A stretch of DNA of 64,000 bases from an uncultured Nitrospiraceae bacterium (GTDB taxonomy: Bacteria; Nitrospirota; Thermodesulfovibrionia; Thermodesulfovibrionales; Dissulfurispiraceae): NCBI GenBank assembly GCA_963727805.1, contig CAVSHF010000005.1:736001-800000 (forward strand), read 5' to 3'. The position numbers and the translations under genes are program-made. Every line of letters begins with the position of its first letter. The stretch's first letter is position 1. The notes beneath the pieces are model-generated. The model was given only the letters and a program-made list of their open reading frames with translations. It was not told where the DNA came from and did not search any database. Positions 22,640-32,111 of this stretch are shown here, piece by piece.

Positions 22640-23623
22640 CTAATTTTTTGACTCATCAACTCTTTTCTGTCGATGCTGCACGAAGGCGTCACGCATTGAG
22701 ACGTAAGGGTCAATGGCCGCTTCCTTGAAGGACTCATAATCTCCAATCTTGAACGATGTGTCATTCACCTTTTCATGTGCTGAGATCGCCACTTGTTCTC
22801 CGAAAGTTAAATCAGAACTGGGTACATAGGTCAAGGGATACATAAGGCGATCACCTACGATTCCAATCCCATCACGGACTGAAGAAGGTCCGAATACAGG
22901 TAATACGAGATAAAAGCCATGACCAATGCCATAATGGCCAAGTGTCTGGCCGAAATCTGCCTGCTGCTTTTTGATACCAAGGGCCTCGCTGGCAGCATCG
23001 CTGAGGCCCCCGATGCCTGCAAAGGAATTGAAGAGAAACCTTATGAGTTCATTTCCTGCCGCCTTAAGCCTGAGTTGGAATAGATTGTTCACCACTCTGG
23101 ACGGGGCCCAGAGATTATCGTAGGCATTGCTGAATGCAATTCTGAATTCTTCGGGAATAATGTGAGAATATACCTGAGCTGCAGGTTTGAGTCCCCAAAA
23201 ATACAACTTATCATTAAAATGAAACATCACCTTATTCACCGGAGCAATAGGGTCGGGAATTGAGGGGGCTGCCTCTTCGATCTCATCAGAAACGCCCAGG
23301 CTTTCAGCGGGGACATCTACCCGGGTCTTTGTATCTTCAGTTGCGTCCTGCTCTGTCAATGCAATTATTCTCTCTTCATTCCGAACTTGCATGTCGGGCA
23401 GTTCTGCTGGCAAGGTACCCAGCATCGTGACAGCATCGGGCGGCTTAACAATTGAGAGTTTCTGAAAAACTTCTTTCGCCTCAGACAAGTCCCGTGGAAC
23501 TGCGAGCGTCTCCCGGCCTTGAGACGATAAAGTATCCACGTTTGTCGAAGACGTATCTGCCCACAGAGAGGCCGGACATAGAAGAAGAATAGAGGTCAGT
23601 ATGAAAATAGGTACCAGCTTCAT
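22640..23623 (-). CDS. mlaA: MlaA/VacJ-family protein with a long N-terminal extension
   Basis: DPIAPVNKVMFHFNDKLYFW, DFGQTLGHYG, LPVFGPSSVRD, DPYVSMRDAF. Start at the ATG 23623 after an AAAGGAG SD. Confidence 0.88.
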   Translation of the reverse strand: MKLVPIFILTSILLLCPASLWADTSSTNVDTLSSQGRETLAVPRDLSEAKEVFQKLSIVKPPDAVTMLGTLPAELPDMQVRNEERIIALTEQDATEDTKTRVDVPAESLGVSDEIEEAAPSIPDPIAPVNKVMFHFNDKLYFWGLKPAAQVYSHIIPEEFRIAFSNAYDNLWAPSRVVNNLFQLRLKAAGNELIRFLFNSFAGIGGLSDAASEALGIKKQQADFGQTLGHYGIGHGFYLVLPVFGPSSVRDGIGIVGDRLMYPLTYVPSSDLTFGEQVAISAHEKVNDTSFKIGDYESFKEAAIDPYVSMRDAFVQHRQKRVDESKN

Positions 23624-23657
23624 GATTTTCTCCTTTCGTGGTGTCTTCATGAGCGGT

Positions 23658-24251
23658 TCACGCTTTGTCAACCTTCTTTCTGATGGATTCCAGTAATGTT
23701 GCCGGAGGTTTGTTCGTAAGTATCTCTCTGAACTGAGTGCGGTAGTTATTGATGAGGCTAACCCCTTCGATAACGACATCGTAGACCCTCCAGCCATCAT
23801 CCTTCAATATCACACGGTAGTTAATTGGGACCTCGGAAGTCTTCCTCAGGACCGTGCTCCTAACCTCAACCGTCTTTTCAGTCAGTGTAACCTCATTGGT
23901 AAAGACTATTTTTTCATCAGTATACGCCATGATCTTGTCAGCATAGGTATCTTCGAGGAGAGAGGTATAAAGATCGATGAACTCCTTTTGCTGCTCAGGA
24001 CTGAACTTGCTCCAGTTCTGCGCTAACGTCCTCTTGGAAAGTTCCGTAAAGTCGAACATCTTCTGCGCGATAGCCCGGATTTTATTCTTCTTGATCTTCC
24101 GGGCCGATTCTGCTTTGAGTGACGGATCACGCAATACATCCAGCACCTTGTCAGCATTACTCTTAACAGTGTCAAGCGCCCCACCTGCATTGGCAGAGAG
24201 CGGAATGATCAGGCAAAGAACGAATGCGATTACAAAGAAGCTCTTCTTCAT
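23658..24251 (-). CDS. mlaC: Phospholipid-binding periplasmic protein MlaC/Ttg2D
   Basis: FDFTELSKRTL, WRVYDVVIEGVSLINNYRTQF; operon context. Confidence 0.9.
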   Translation of the reverse strand: MKKSFFVIAFVLCLIIPLSANAGGALDTVKSNADKVLDVLRDPSLKAESARKIKKNKIRAIAQKMFDFTELSKRTLAQNWSKFSPEQQKEFIDLYTSLLEDTYADKIMAYTDEKIVFTNEVTLTEKTVEVRSTVLRKTSEVPINYRVILKDDGWRVYDVVIEGVSLINNYRTQFREILTNKPPATLLESIRKKVDKA

Positions 24252-24268
24252 CTTTTCCCCCGTCAGTC

Positions 24269-24742
24269 TTATTTGGTATCCTTTTTGTCGTCCTTCTTGA
24301 CATCTCCGAATGCGTATTTACTTATCAAGTCCTCTACGTCGACGGGTGAGTTGGTCTCAGAAATCCTCGCTCCCGGCTTCAGCATCGTACCGCCTCCTCC
24401 AGGATCGACCTTGATGAACTTATCGCCGATGAGCCCGGCAGTCTTGATTGAGGCAGCGGCGTCGTCGTAAATCTTTATGCCTTTCCTGATCTTCAATTCC
24501 ACGACGGCCACCTGCTTCTCCTGATCTATAGTCATGTTTTCCACCCGTCCGACCTCAATGCCATCAATCTCGATAATATTACCAACCCGCAAGCCAGATA
24601 CCGTACTGAAATTTGCATAGAGAGTATAATAATTATTCCCGAAAAAAGAAACCTTTCCGAGTTTTATGGTCATGTAAGCAATGCAGACAAGGCCGATGAC
24701 CACAAAGATGCCGACGACCGTTTCGATCGAGTGTTTTTTCAT
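24269..24742 (-). CDS. mlaD: MCE-domain protein MlaD
   Basis: ETVVGIFV, GLRVG, IKTAGLIGDKFI. Confidence 0.92.
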   Translation of the reverse strand: MKKHSIETVVGIFVVIGLVCIAYMTIKLGKVSFFGNNYYTLYANFSTVSGLRVGNIIEIDGIEVGRVENMTIDQEKQVAVVELKIRKGIKIYDDAAASIKTAGLIGDKFIKVDPGGGGTMLKPGARISETNSPVDVEDLISKYAFGDVKKDDKKDTK

Positions 24743-25989
24743 TACAAACCAACCTCCTTACCGCACTGATATTTTGCGATTATCTTCTCATTCGCTTCAG
24801 CCCTTTCCATAATCTGTTCAATGTCGTCAGTGGAGCTGCCTTCAGTTATGCCTGCAGTCACCCATATTTCGAAGCATGTCTTCACTCCTATCTTTTCAGC
24901 GGTCAATGCCTGGATCTCGGGGAGTGCCTTTGTCTGGAGCCCTTCAGCAAAATCACTCACTAATTGTCCAGCCTCTTCAATGCTTACGCGTGGCAGGATG
25001 GTAAGGATCTTGTCTCTGCTGTGGCGCGCCGAGAACCCTCCCAAGGGAACGCAATATTTATTTACATGTTCCCCAAGAGCCTTGAGGACCTCAATGGCAG
25101 CCTGAGGCCCAAGCGCATTAGCAAGTAGTTCACAGTGAATGCCAAAGAGCACAGCCGTGATAGTGGTGTCGACATGTCCGCCGCTGAGCGTCAGGGCATA
25201 ACGGGACCTGAACATTTCCTTAGAGAGAAGCCCGGTGAGTTCGTCACGGAGCCCCTCAATGCTCTGTAGGAATTCATCGATCATAGGATGTTTCAGCATT
25301 GTCAACTCGTCATAAGTCCCATGAAAGGCGATCTTCCCCTCCCAGAGGAGGAGAATCCGGTCAGAGATGAAGAAGACATCGGGGATTTCGTGGCTGATGA
25401 GAACCGCGGTAAACCCGAACTGTTTGCGGTAATGAGCAATCATGCTTAGGATAGTGTTCTTCCGGATCGGGTCCTGGCCGGTTGTCGGCTCATCGAAGAG
25501 CACGATGGTCGGGTCCGTCACGAGCGCCCGGGCCAGTGCCACCCGCTTCTGCATACCGCCCGACAGTTCCGAGGGATATTTAAGAAGGGCGTCGGAGAGC
25601 TCCATTTGTTCAGTCCGTGCCATCACCTTTTGTTCGATTTCCTTCCTGCCCATATTTGTGGTCTGTATGAGCGGGAGGGCTATATTTTCAAAGACCGTCA
25701 TGGAATCGAAAAGGGCATTATTCTGGAACATATAACTGATCCGGCTCCGGTACCCGTCCCATTCGCTCTTTTTCATTGCATGGACAGGCTTTCCCTTGAA
25801 GAGGATACTTCCTTCGTCAGGAGAGAGGAGTCCGATGATATGTTTAAGGAGAACGCTCTTACCGCTGCCGCTCTTGCCGATTATAGTCGTGATCTGATTT
25901 TCATAAATCTCAAGATTCGCTTTATCGAGAATAGTCTTATTATCAAAGCGCTTTACGACATCTCTGAATTCTATCAAGGGCGTTTCCAT
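24742..25989 (-). CDS. mlaF: MlaF ABC ATPase fused to a C-terminal degenerate GGDEF-like domain
   Basis: GKSGSGKS, LSGGMQKRVALARAL, DEPTTG, followed by about 170 extra aa starting DELTGLL. Confidence 0.88.
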   Translation of the reverse strand: METPLIEFRDVVKRFDNKTILDKANLEIYENQITTIIGKSGSGKSVLLKHIIGLLSPDEGSILFKGKPVHAMKKSEWDGYRSRISYMFQNNALFDSMTVFENIALPLIQTTNMGRKEIEQKVMARTEQMELSDALLKYPSELSGGMQKRVALARALVTDPTIVLFDEPTTGQDPIRKNTILSMIAHYRKQFGFTAVLISHEIPDVFFISDRILLLWEGKIAFHGTYDELTMLKHPMIDEFLQSIEGLRDELTGLLSKEMFRSRYALTLSGGHVDTTITAVLFGIHCELLANALGPQAAIEVLKALGEHVNKYCVPLGGFSARHSRDKILTILPRVSIEEAGQLVSDFAEGLQTKALPEIQALTAEKIGVKTCFEIWVTAGITEGSSTDDIEQIMERAEANEKIIAKYQCGKEVGL

Positions 25990-25997
25990 CGGCACCT

Positions 25998-26807
25998 CTA
26001 CATGAGAAAGGATGTGACTACGTAATCAGAGATAAGAATCATGACACAAGAGATCACGACTGCCGATGTGGTCGAAATACTGACGCTTTTTGCGCCGTAA
26101 CTGTCGGTACGGAGGTGAGTGAAGTACCCCTGATAGCAGCAGGTCGTCGCTACGAGCACGGCAAAGACGAGTGATTTGATAAAGCCGCCCCTAATATCGA
26201 CTATGTCCACATAGGAATGGATACGATAAAAATAGGCGCCCTTGTCCACTCCGAGGAGGACGACACCAGTGAGATATCCCCCGAGTATCCCGAGGAGATC
26301 AAAGAAGGCGGTCAGCAAGGGGAAGCTGATAATTGCAGCGGCTATACGCGGACTGATGATATACCGCACAGGGTCTATCCGCATGGTATAGAGCGCATCG
26401 ATCTGTTCGGATATGCGCAGAATGCCTATTTCTGCCGTTATGGCAGAACCAGCACGCGCGGTAATCATTATCGCGGTAAGGACGGGGCCAAGTTCACGGA
26501 TGAGGGTAAGGGCGACGACCGACCCGAGGACTCCTTCAGAACCGAATTTAGTCAGGGTATAGAAAAGCTGAAGACCGAGCACCATACCGGTGAAGAGGCC
26601 GACGAGCATCACGATATTTGAAGACTTTGCCCCGATGAAAAAGACCTGCTGGATAATCTCCCGTATCTGTTTGGGTCGAAAGATCTTCAAAAAACTAAGT
26701 GTAAAGAAGATCGCTACAGCGCCAAGATTATTAATACCTTTCAATGTCCTGTTGCCAATAGAATCAAAGAATATGCTGAAGAAATCGTCTTTTATTGTAA
26801 ACTCCAT
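25998..26807 (-). CDS. mlaE: Permease MlaE
   Basis: RELGPVLTAIMITARAGSAITAEIG, SEQIDAL, TTSAVV. Confidence 0.93.
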   Translation of the reverse strand: MEFTIKDDFFSIFFDSIGNRTLKGINNLGAVAIFFTLSFLKIFRPKQIREIIQQVFFIGAKSSNIVMLVGLFTGMVLGLQLFYTLTKFGSEGVLGSVVALTLIRELGPVLTAIMITARAGSAITAEIGILRISEQIDALYTMRIDPVRYIISPRIAAAIISFPLLTAFFDLLGILGGYLTGVVLLGVDKGAYFYRIHSYVDIVDIRGGFIKSLVFAVLVATTCCYQGYFTHLRTDSYGAKSVSISTTSAVVISCVMILISDYVVTSFLM

Positions 26808-26969
26808 CTCTTTAGTATTCTACCCTTTATGATATTTACATTTCTCGGTTTCTGATTATATAACCATATGCGCCGAATCCTAGTCTTAAGTTTCGTGCGA
26901 GACGATAACCACCGTTCATGGTCCGTTGCTGATTCCTCCGCAGCAAAGCGACTAAAAGGAATGCATGTC

Positions 26970-27257
26970 TCACTTGCATTCCACGAGGCCAGCCCTATCC
27001 TTGTCGATCCAAACGACTCTGAGTTTCGCCATAGGTTCGACAAGACTCACCAGATCTCCTCTCATAAGCTTTGCATCCGTAATGATGCCAAACCCATTGC
27101 CGCTCATATCAACAATATTACAGATCCATTTATTTCCCGCTGCATCATATAATTCTGTAACAAAGTCACATACCATCCTTGGCCAATATCTTGCTTCTTC
27201 GAGCAAATCTCCCTTGAAGTCACGATTGCAAGTATCCACACAGACCTCTCTTTTCAC
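26970..27257 (-). CDS. Stand-alone PilZ-domain protein
   Basis: RxxxR (RYWPR) and DxSxxG (DMSGNG), then G-II and RVVW...AGL; GTG start uncertain. Confidence 0.78.
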   Translation of the reverse strand: MKREVCVDTCNRDFKGDLLEEARYWPRMVCDFVTELYDAAGNKWICNIVDMSGNGFGIITDAKLMRGDLVSLVEPMAKLRVVWIDKDRAGLVECK

Positions 27258-27367
27258 GGGACTCTAACTTTAACAGATAATCTAATTTTACTATATTAAT
27301 TTATTCTGACAAGAAAATGATAAATAGACGACAATAACATGCATATGGGCATTCTCCAGAATTTCCA

Positions 27368-27395
27368 TTATAATAGACCTTAGCGTCTATTATAA
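27368..27395. promoter_or_regulatory. Perfect 11-6-11 inverted repeat TTATAATAGAC-N6-GTCTATTATAA
   Basis: Read directly in the intergenic region between the divergent PilZ gene and the 27413 ORF; function unknown. Confidence 0.55.
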
Positions 27396-27412
27396 CGCAC
27401 AGAGGAGGCACA

Positions 27413-27955
27413 ATGGCTAAGCAATCAGTATCCGATCAAAAAGAACCGGTGGTCGTCCTAAGGCGTGAACACATCCATGAGTTCGAGCGTATCAACGAAG
27501 TACTGCAGCACGCGGGTCTCTTAATAACCAATCTTATCCTTCTTTTTTATGGGATGTCTGCACTGTCCGAGTCAGGCCGTAAAATATATAAGAATTCCCT
27601 TACCAAAGTAGTTCTCGTTAACGCTAAAGAGGCTATGGTAATCACTGAATATGAGATCCAAGGGGGCAAAAAAAAATTAAAAAGCGATTTTGGTTTTCTT
27701 AATAAGAGTAAGGCCGATGTCCGCGTAAAAGCTATGGTACCTATGAAATACTTGGCAAACCCACGCAGGATCGTAACCGGCAATGACTTTCGCGAAGATG
27801 TGCAGAATGATAAGATTCGGGCCAGCATTCAAGGGGGCAGGCCTGCAGCATTTGTCCAAGCATTTATAAGCCTTACCATTGCCACACCTGTCGAAGCTCT
27901 GGGGAACAAAAGCATGAGCAAAAAGAAGCGGAATGTGTCTCCAAAGAAGATATAA
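27413..27955 (+). CDS. Hypothetical protein (basic C-terminus)
   Basis: 180 aa ORF with a GAGGAGG SD; no motif recognised. Confidence 0.65.
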   Translation: MAKQSVSDQKEPVVVLRREHIHEFERINEVLQHAGLLITNLILLFYGMSALSESGRKIYKNSLTKVVLVNAKEAMVITEYEIQGGKKKLKSDFGFLNKSKADVRVKAMVPMKYLANPRRIVTGNDFREDVQNDKIRASIQGGRPAAFVQAFISLTIATPVEALGNKSMSKKKRNVSPKKI

Positions 27956-28614
27956 GAGCCTGAAGAGAATTAGTATTAGACCCTTCACCCCACCAGAAAT
28001 CCAAAGTGCGCCCCGAAATGGCCGAATCATGGTATTTTAATGGTGAATAGAGCCCTCTGGCTAACTTCACTCTGAAAACGAAGATGCCTATTATACTTAT
28101 TAAAGTGAATATGCTTTTCAAGATTTACCCGGACAATCACATTTTTTTATTTCATTTCAGGCGCATCTATAATAGAAAGAACATCTCGCCCCGTAGATGA
28201 GTCGGGGAATAATCTCTTCTCCTAAAATAACTCGATTCTGAGATGGACGTACAGTTGAGTTCCTCAAGTCGATATTTAAATCTACAAGGTTAGATGCTAT
28301 AGGCAAGAAATCTGCTAATTTACTATATTTCAAGTGATGATTATTATTTCAAGGAAGCCGAATGAATACAAAGAAAAACTCACCAGCTTCATAAGCAGTC
28401 AAACGATCAAACCGAATAGCAAATATCAAGAAGGCTTCGTCTTAAAAGCAGCCGCCGCTAAAAAGCGGCAGCCGTTATGCATGTGGTATATGTGGACTTA
28501 TGCAACTACCGATAATTTTCAGTTCCGTTTTCACTTCGGATGTAAAGTCAGTATACTTTAAGTAAATGTGGAAATTGACATTATCATGCTAAGGAACTTA
28601 ATAAGGAGGGTACA

Positions 28615-29124
28615 ATGGCAACCAATCAAAATTTAATTAAGATCTTCGAATACGCCTTAAACCAAGAGGAGACTGGGAAGAACTTTTTTCAGACTTCCCT
28701 TAAAAGAATGGGATGGGGAGCCGCATTGAGTGCCTTTAACCAACTGATTAAGGAAGAGGAGCATCATATCTTTTTTATCAAAAAGATCCTGGATGAACTA
28801 AAACAGGGAAGTTCCGATGAATTACGAATCGTGAAAGACTATGCTGTGGAAACGACTAATTTTTTTGATCAACGGGCCAAATCGGAGTTCCTTCAGCAGC
28901 TATTGTACGAAACGATGGTCCCGGATGTTACCGTTTTCAATGTGGCCTGGTTAATTGAGAAAGATTTGAGTGAGTTTTATGCGAAAATGGCATCTCAAAC
29001 AGATGGTGCTGCCAGTGAGGCATTTAAAATGCTGTCTGATTGGGAACGAGGGCACGAACGCTTCTTTCGCGAGTTTCGCGATAAAGCTACGGAAATCTAT
29101 AAGAATTTGTGCTTAGGCGGATAA
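28615..29124 (+). CDS. Ferritin-like/rubrerythrin-family diiron protein (no rubredoxin tail)
   Basis: ALNQEETG, EEEHH, IEKDLSEFY, WERGH (paired ExxH motifs); AAGGAGG SD. Confidence 0.85.
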   Translation: MATNQNLIKIFEYALNQEETGKNFFQTSLKRMGWGAALSAFNQLIKEEEHHIFFIKKILDELKQGSSDELRIVKDYAVETTNFFDQRAKSEFLQQLLYETMVPDVTVFNVAWLIEKDLSEFYAKMASQTDGAASEAFKMLSDWERGHERFFREFRDKATEIYKNLCLGG

Positions 29125-29316
29125 GCTTTACAAACACTCCGGTTGGCCTTAAACACTTACTGGGAGTCTTCATTGGTGCTACTATATTTCTTTAGGTCAA
29201 CCCAACATGCGTATTCGCAGGGGCAAAGCCAATGTACCGATCTCGAATCGAAGAGTGAATTTATTATTGAAATGGGACATGTTGAACAGTTCCAAAAGTG
29301 TTTACTTCAGTAATTT

Positions 29317-29844
29317 CTAGGGATTTGGGTATTCATAGAACTTAAGTGCCCTCTTCCAGAAATCATCCATTTCATTTTTAAGCTCATTAAGTTTGATCAT
29401 GATTGTCTGTTCAGAATTGCCTGCTTTTCTTAACCAATCCGCTTTTTGGTTCAACTCGTTCGGTATATGACCTGACATTTTCATTATCTTAACTATAGTA
29501 TCAGCATCGCTCTCAGAGCAGCCGTCAAATCTTAACTTCCTTGCAAAAATAATTCTCCCATGTATGCACATATGCGGCTCGATGATCTCTCTTACCTGAT
29601 TATAGTGTCTCTTAGCATACTCTACCAATAGGTCCGCCTCAGTGTTATCCTTGACAAGTCCATTGTAGTCAATGATCAAACCCCAATTTTGAAATGGTAA
29701 CAGATATCTCTCTATTGTTCTAAGCGCGACTGAGATCCGGTTTAAAGAGAAGACGTCCTTGTTCCCAGGATAAAATCTTCCAGGCGCAAGGCCGTTGGAC
29801 AGACATCTTCCAGTATAGAGCGAAAGTTCGCAATAGTTACTCAT
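29317..29844 (-). CDS. Hypothetical protein in AT-rich DNA
   Basis: About 175-codon open frame; start uncertain (29844 or 29880); no motif recognised. Confidence 0.55.
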   Translation of the reverse strand: MSNYCELSLYTGRCLSNGLAPGRFYPGNKDVFSLNRISVALRTIERYLLPFQNWGLIIDYNGLVKDNTEADLLVEYAKRHYNQVREIIEPHMCIHGRIIFARKLRFDGCSESDADTIVKIMKMSGHIPNELNQKADWLRKAGNSEQTIMIKLNELKNEMDDFWKRALKFYEYPNP

Positions 29845-30481
29845 AAAGTTTGTCCCTAATTTGTGAGACAGTATATACATTATTGGGATCAGTCAGTACG
29901 AACAATCTTCTTGGGCAGACTATATTTAGAATTATACATGCTATTGTTGAGCTTATATAATACATCTTCAATAGCAATGGCCGCCTCTTTTTCAGAGTAA
30001 CGCTAACAATAGTGGTCTGCACAAGTCGGAAAGATAGTAATCAGTGTTTGCTCGGCGTCCAAAATTGATGAGAATGGGACAAGAGGGGTTTGCAATTCAC
30101 CTAGAAACGTGCAGCTTAGCCGAGGAATTGCGCGATTAGTCATGGTTTAAAATGCCAATAATCATGGCATATCAAAGATAAAGGCTACAGTCCTGCAATA
30201 GCGATACTTTCTGTTGTGTAGCGACAACGCATTCGAAGGGACAACAAACTTGATAAAATAGAATATATTAGAAAAAATTGGTCAAATCAGGGGACCTGTA
30301 TGAAGTAGTCGTCCCTGTACGGAGCTGATTTAAATGCAGAAGGGACGTTACCCATCACTGCAAAAAACTTATAGACTTTATGCGTTAACAGGAATTAATA
30401 GTGAAGAGATCTAGATTAAAGTTAAAGGGGCACGTAGCAGCCCGTAATGTATTTTACTCATGCATGTCGATAGGAACCGTC

Positions 30482-31213
30482 ATGAAGGGAGTCTCTGCAG
30501 CGCTTATTCTAATGGTTCTAATGTCCTGTTCGCCCACCGCCAGAATTCCCCTTGAGACTATCACCTATCCATACAAGGAGGGAATTCGACAGGAGTGCCT
30601 AATCGTTTTCCTGCCGGGGAGAGGTGGCAGAGCCATCGACTTCAGCCGCAAAGGATTTATCGAAAGGGTTCGACAAGCCGGCCTCATGGCAGATATGTTG
30701 GCTACCGATCTGCACTTAGAGTATTACCTAAATCAAACTGCAGCTGAGCGGCTACGGCTGGATGTAATTGCACCGGCACGCGACCAAGGGTATCGATGTT
30801 TGTGGCTAGTAGGAATTTCGTTAGGTGGATTTGGAGCCTTGGAGTACGAGATCGCACATCCTGGCGACGTGTCAGGTATCATTCTCCTAGCTCCGTACTT
30901 AGGCGGAGATCGGATTATAAGCGAAATATCTCAGGCAGGGAGTGTCAAGGCCTGGGACCCTGGGCTTATTGTTACGTCTGATTACGAACGTGGCCTCTGG
31001 TCATGGATTAGGGACTATGAATTACAGGACGGCCATGCACCTGTAATCTATCTCGGCTATGGTAACCATGACCGGTTCGCCGTGTCCAATCGTCTCTTGG
31101 CAGATGTCCTCGGACCAGAACGAACAATAACAGTACCAGGAGGTCACACGTGGTCCACATGGACGGCGCTCTGGGAGTCTCTCTTGAGGAAAATACCTTA
31201 TACAGGGAAGTAA
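30482..31213 (+). CDS. Alpha/beta-hydrolase-fold probable lipoprotein
   Basis: Signal ending LMSC, FLPGRG, nucleophile elbow GISLGG, GGHTW. Confidence 0.82.
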   Translation: MKGVSAALILMVLMSCSPTARIPLETITYPYKEGIRQECLIVFLPGRGGRAIDFSRKGFIERVRQAGLMADMLATDLHLEYYLNQTAAERLRLDVIAPARDQGYRCLWLVGISLGGFGALEYEIAHPGDVSGIILLAPYLGGDRIISEISQAGSVKAWDPGLIVTSDYERGLWSWIRDYELQDGHAPVIYLGYGNHDRFAVSNRLLADVLGPERTITVPGGHTWSTWTALWESLLRKIPYTGK

Positions 31214-31373
31214 TCTACTAATTTGAGATAAGAGCCTGACTAGTGCTTGAAGTAGCAGTGGGACATTGCTGATTCAGAAATCGCAATTATTGAAGCTCAT
31301 GTCCTTGTAGAAGATCCTCGATTTCATGGTATACTCTTTGTGACTAGACTTTTACCTTTATAGGAGGTCAAAT

Positions 31374-31643
31374 ATGACCAAAACAGAACTCGTAGAGAAA
31401 CTGTCAAAGGATGCAGGAATTTCAAAGACTCAGGCAGAAGCAACAATCAAATCATTTGCTGAAGCAGTTGCCAAAACGGCCAAGAAGGACGGCAAACTCA
31501 CTCTTGTTGGATTCGGAACCTTCTCATTGGCAAAAAGGAAGGCCAGGAAAGGCAGGAACCCCAAGACCGGCGAAGCAATTAAAATCAAGGCTAGCAAGAC
31601 TGTCAAGTTCTCTGCAGGCAAAACGCTCAAAGCGGCCCTGTAA
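31374..31643 (+). CDS. HU-family DNA-binding protein
   Basis: MTKTELV, GFGTF, RKGRNPKTGE. Confidence 0.95.
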   Translation: MTKTELVEKLSKDAGISKTQAEATIKSFAEAVAKTAKKDGKLTLVGFGTFSLAKRKARKGRNPKTGEAIKIKASKTVKFSAGKTLKAAL

Positions 31644-31802
31644 GATACTTCTGGTGACCGCTGATTTTAGGCGGTCACATGGCGTTCAAAAAAGCTTGGT
31701 ACTCTTCGTCTAAACGAGGCGCAATGACAAAAAAATAGTAAGCTTTGCGGCTCTTTTTGCGAAGCATTTTAAAGTCCCAGTTTAAAGAGGAGGAGAAAAT
31801 AG

Positions 31803-32003
31803 ATGAATCAAGGTACCGTGAAGTGGTTCAATGACAGCAAAGGATTTGGCTTTATCAGCGGTGAAGACGGAATCGATTATTTTGTCCATCATACATCGAT
31901 CCAGGGTGATGGCTTTAAGAGCCTTGCCGAAGGCGATAAGGTCAGCTTTGATATTGAAAAAGGACCTAAAGGGCCTAAAGCGATCAACGTTGTGAAATTG
32001 TAA
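31803..32003 (+). CDS. Cold-shock protein (second paralogue)
   Basis: [23 protein letters not shown]. Confidence 0.95.
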   Translation: MNQGTVKWFNDSKGFGFISGEDGIDYFVHHTSIQGDGFKSLAEGDKVSFDIEKGPKGPKAINVVKL

Positions 32004-32111
32004 TTAACAGGGCAAGACTCCGCATAAAATACACACGATAAATCGTGCTCATTGCTTCGGTTACATTAAGGACTAGGGGGACTGCTATAGATATAATGAT
32101 AGAAACAGATC

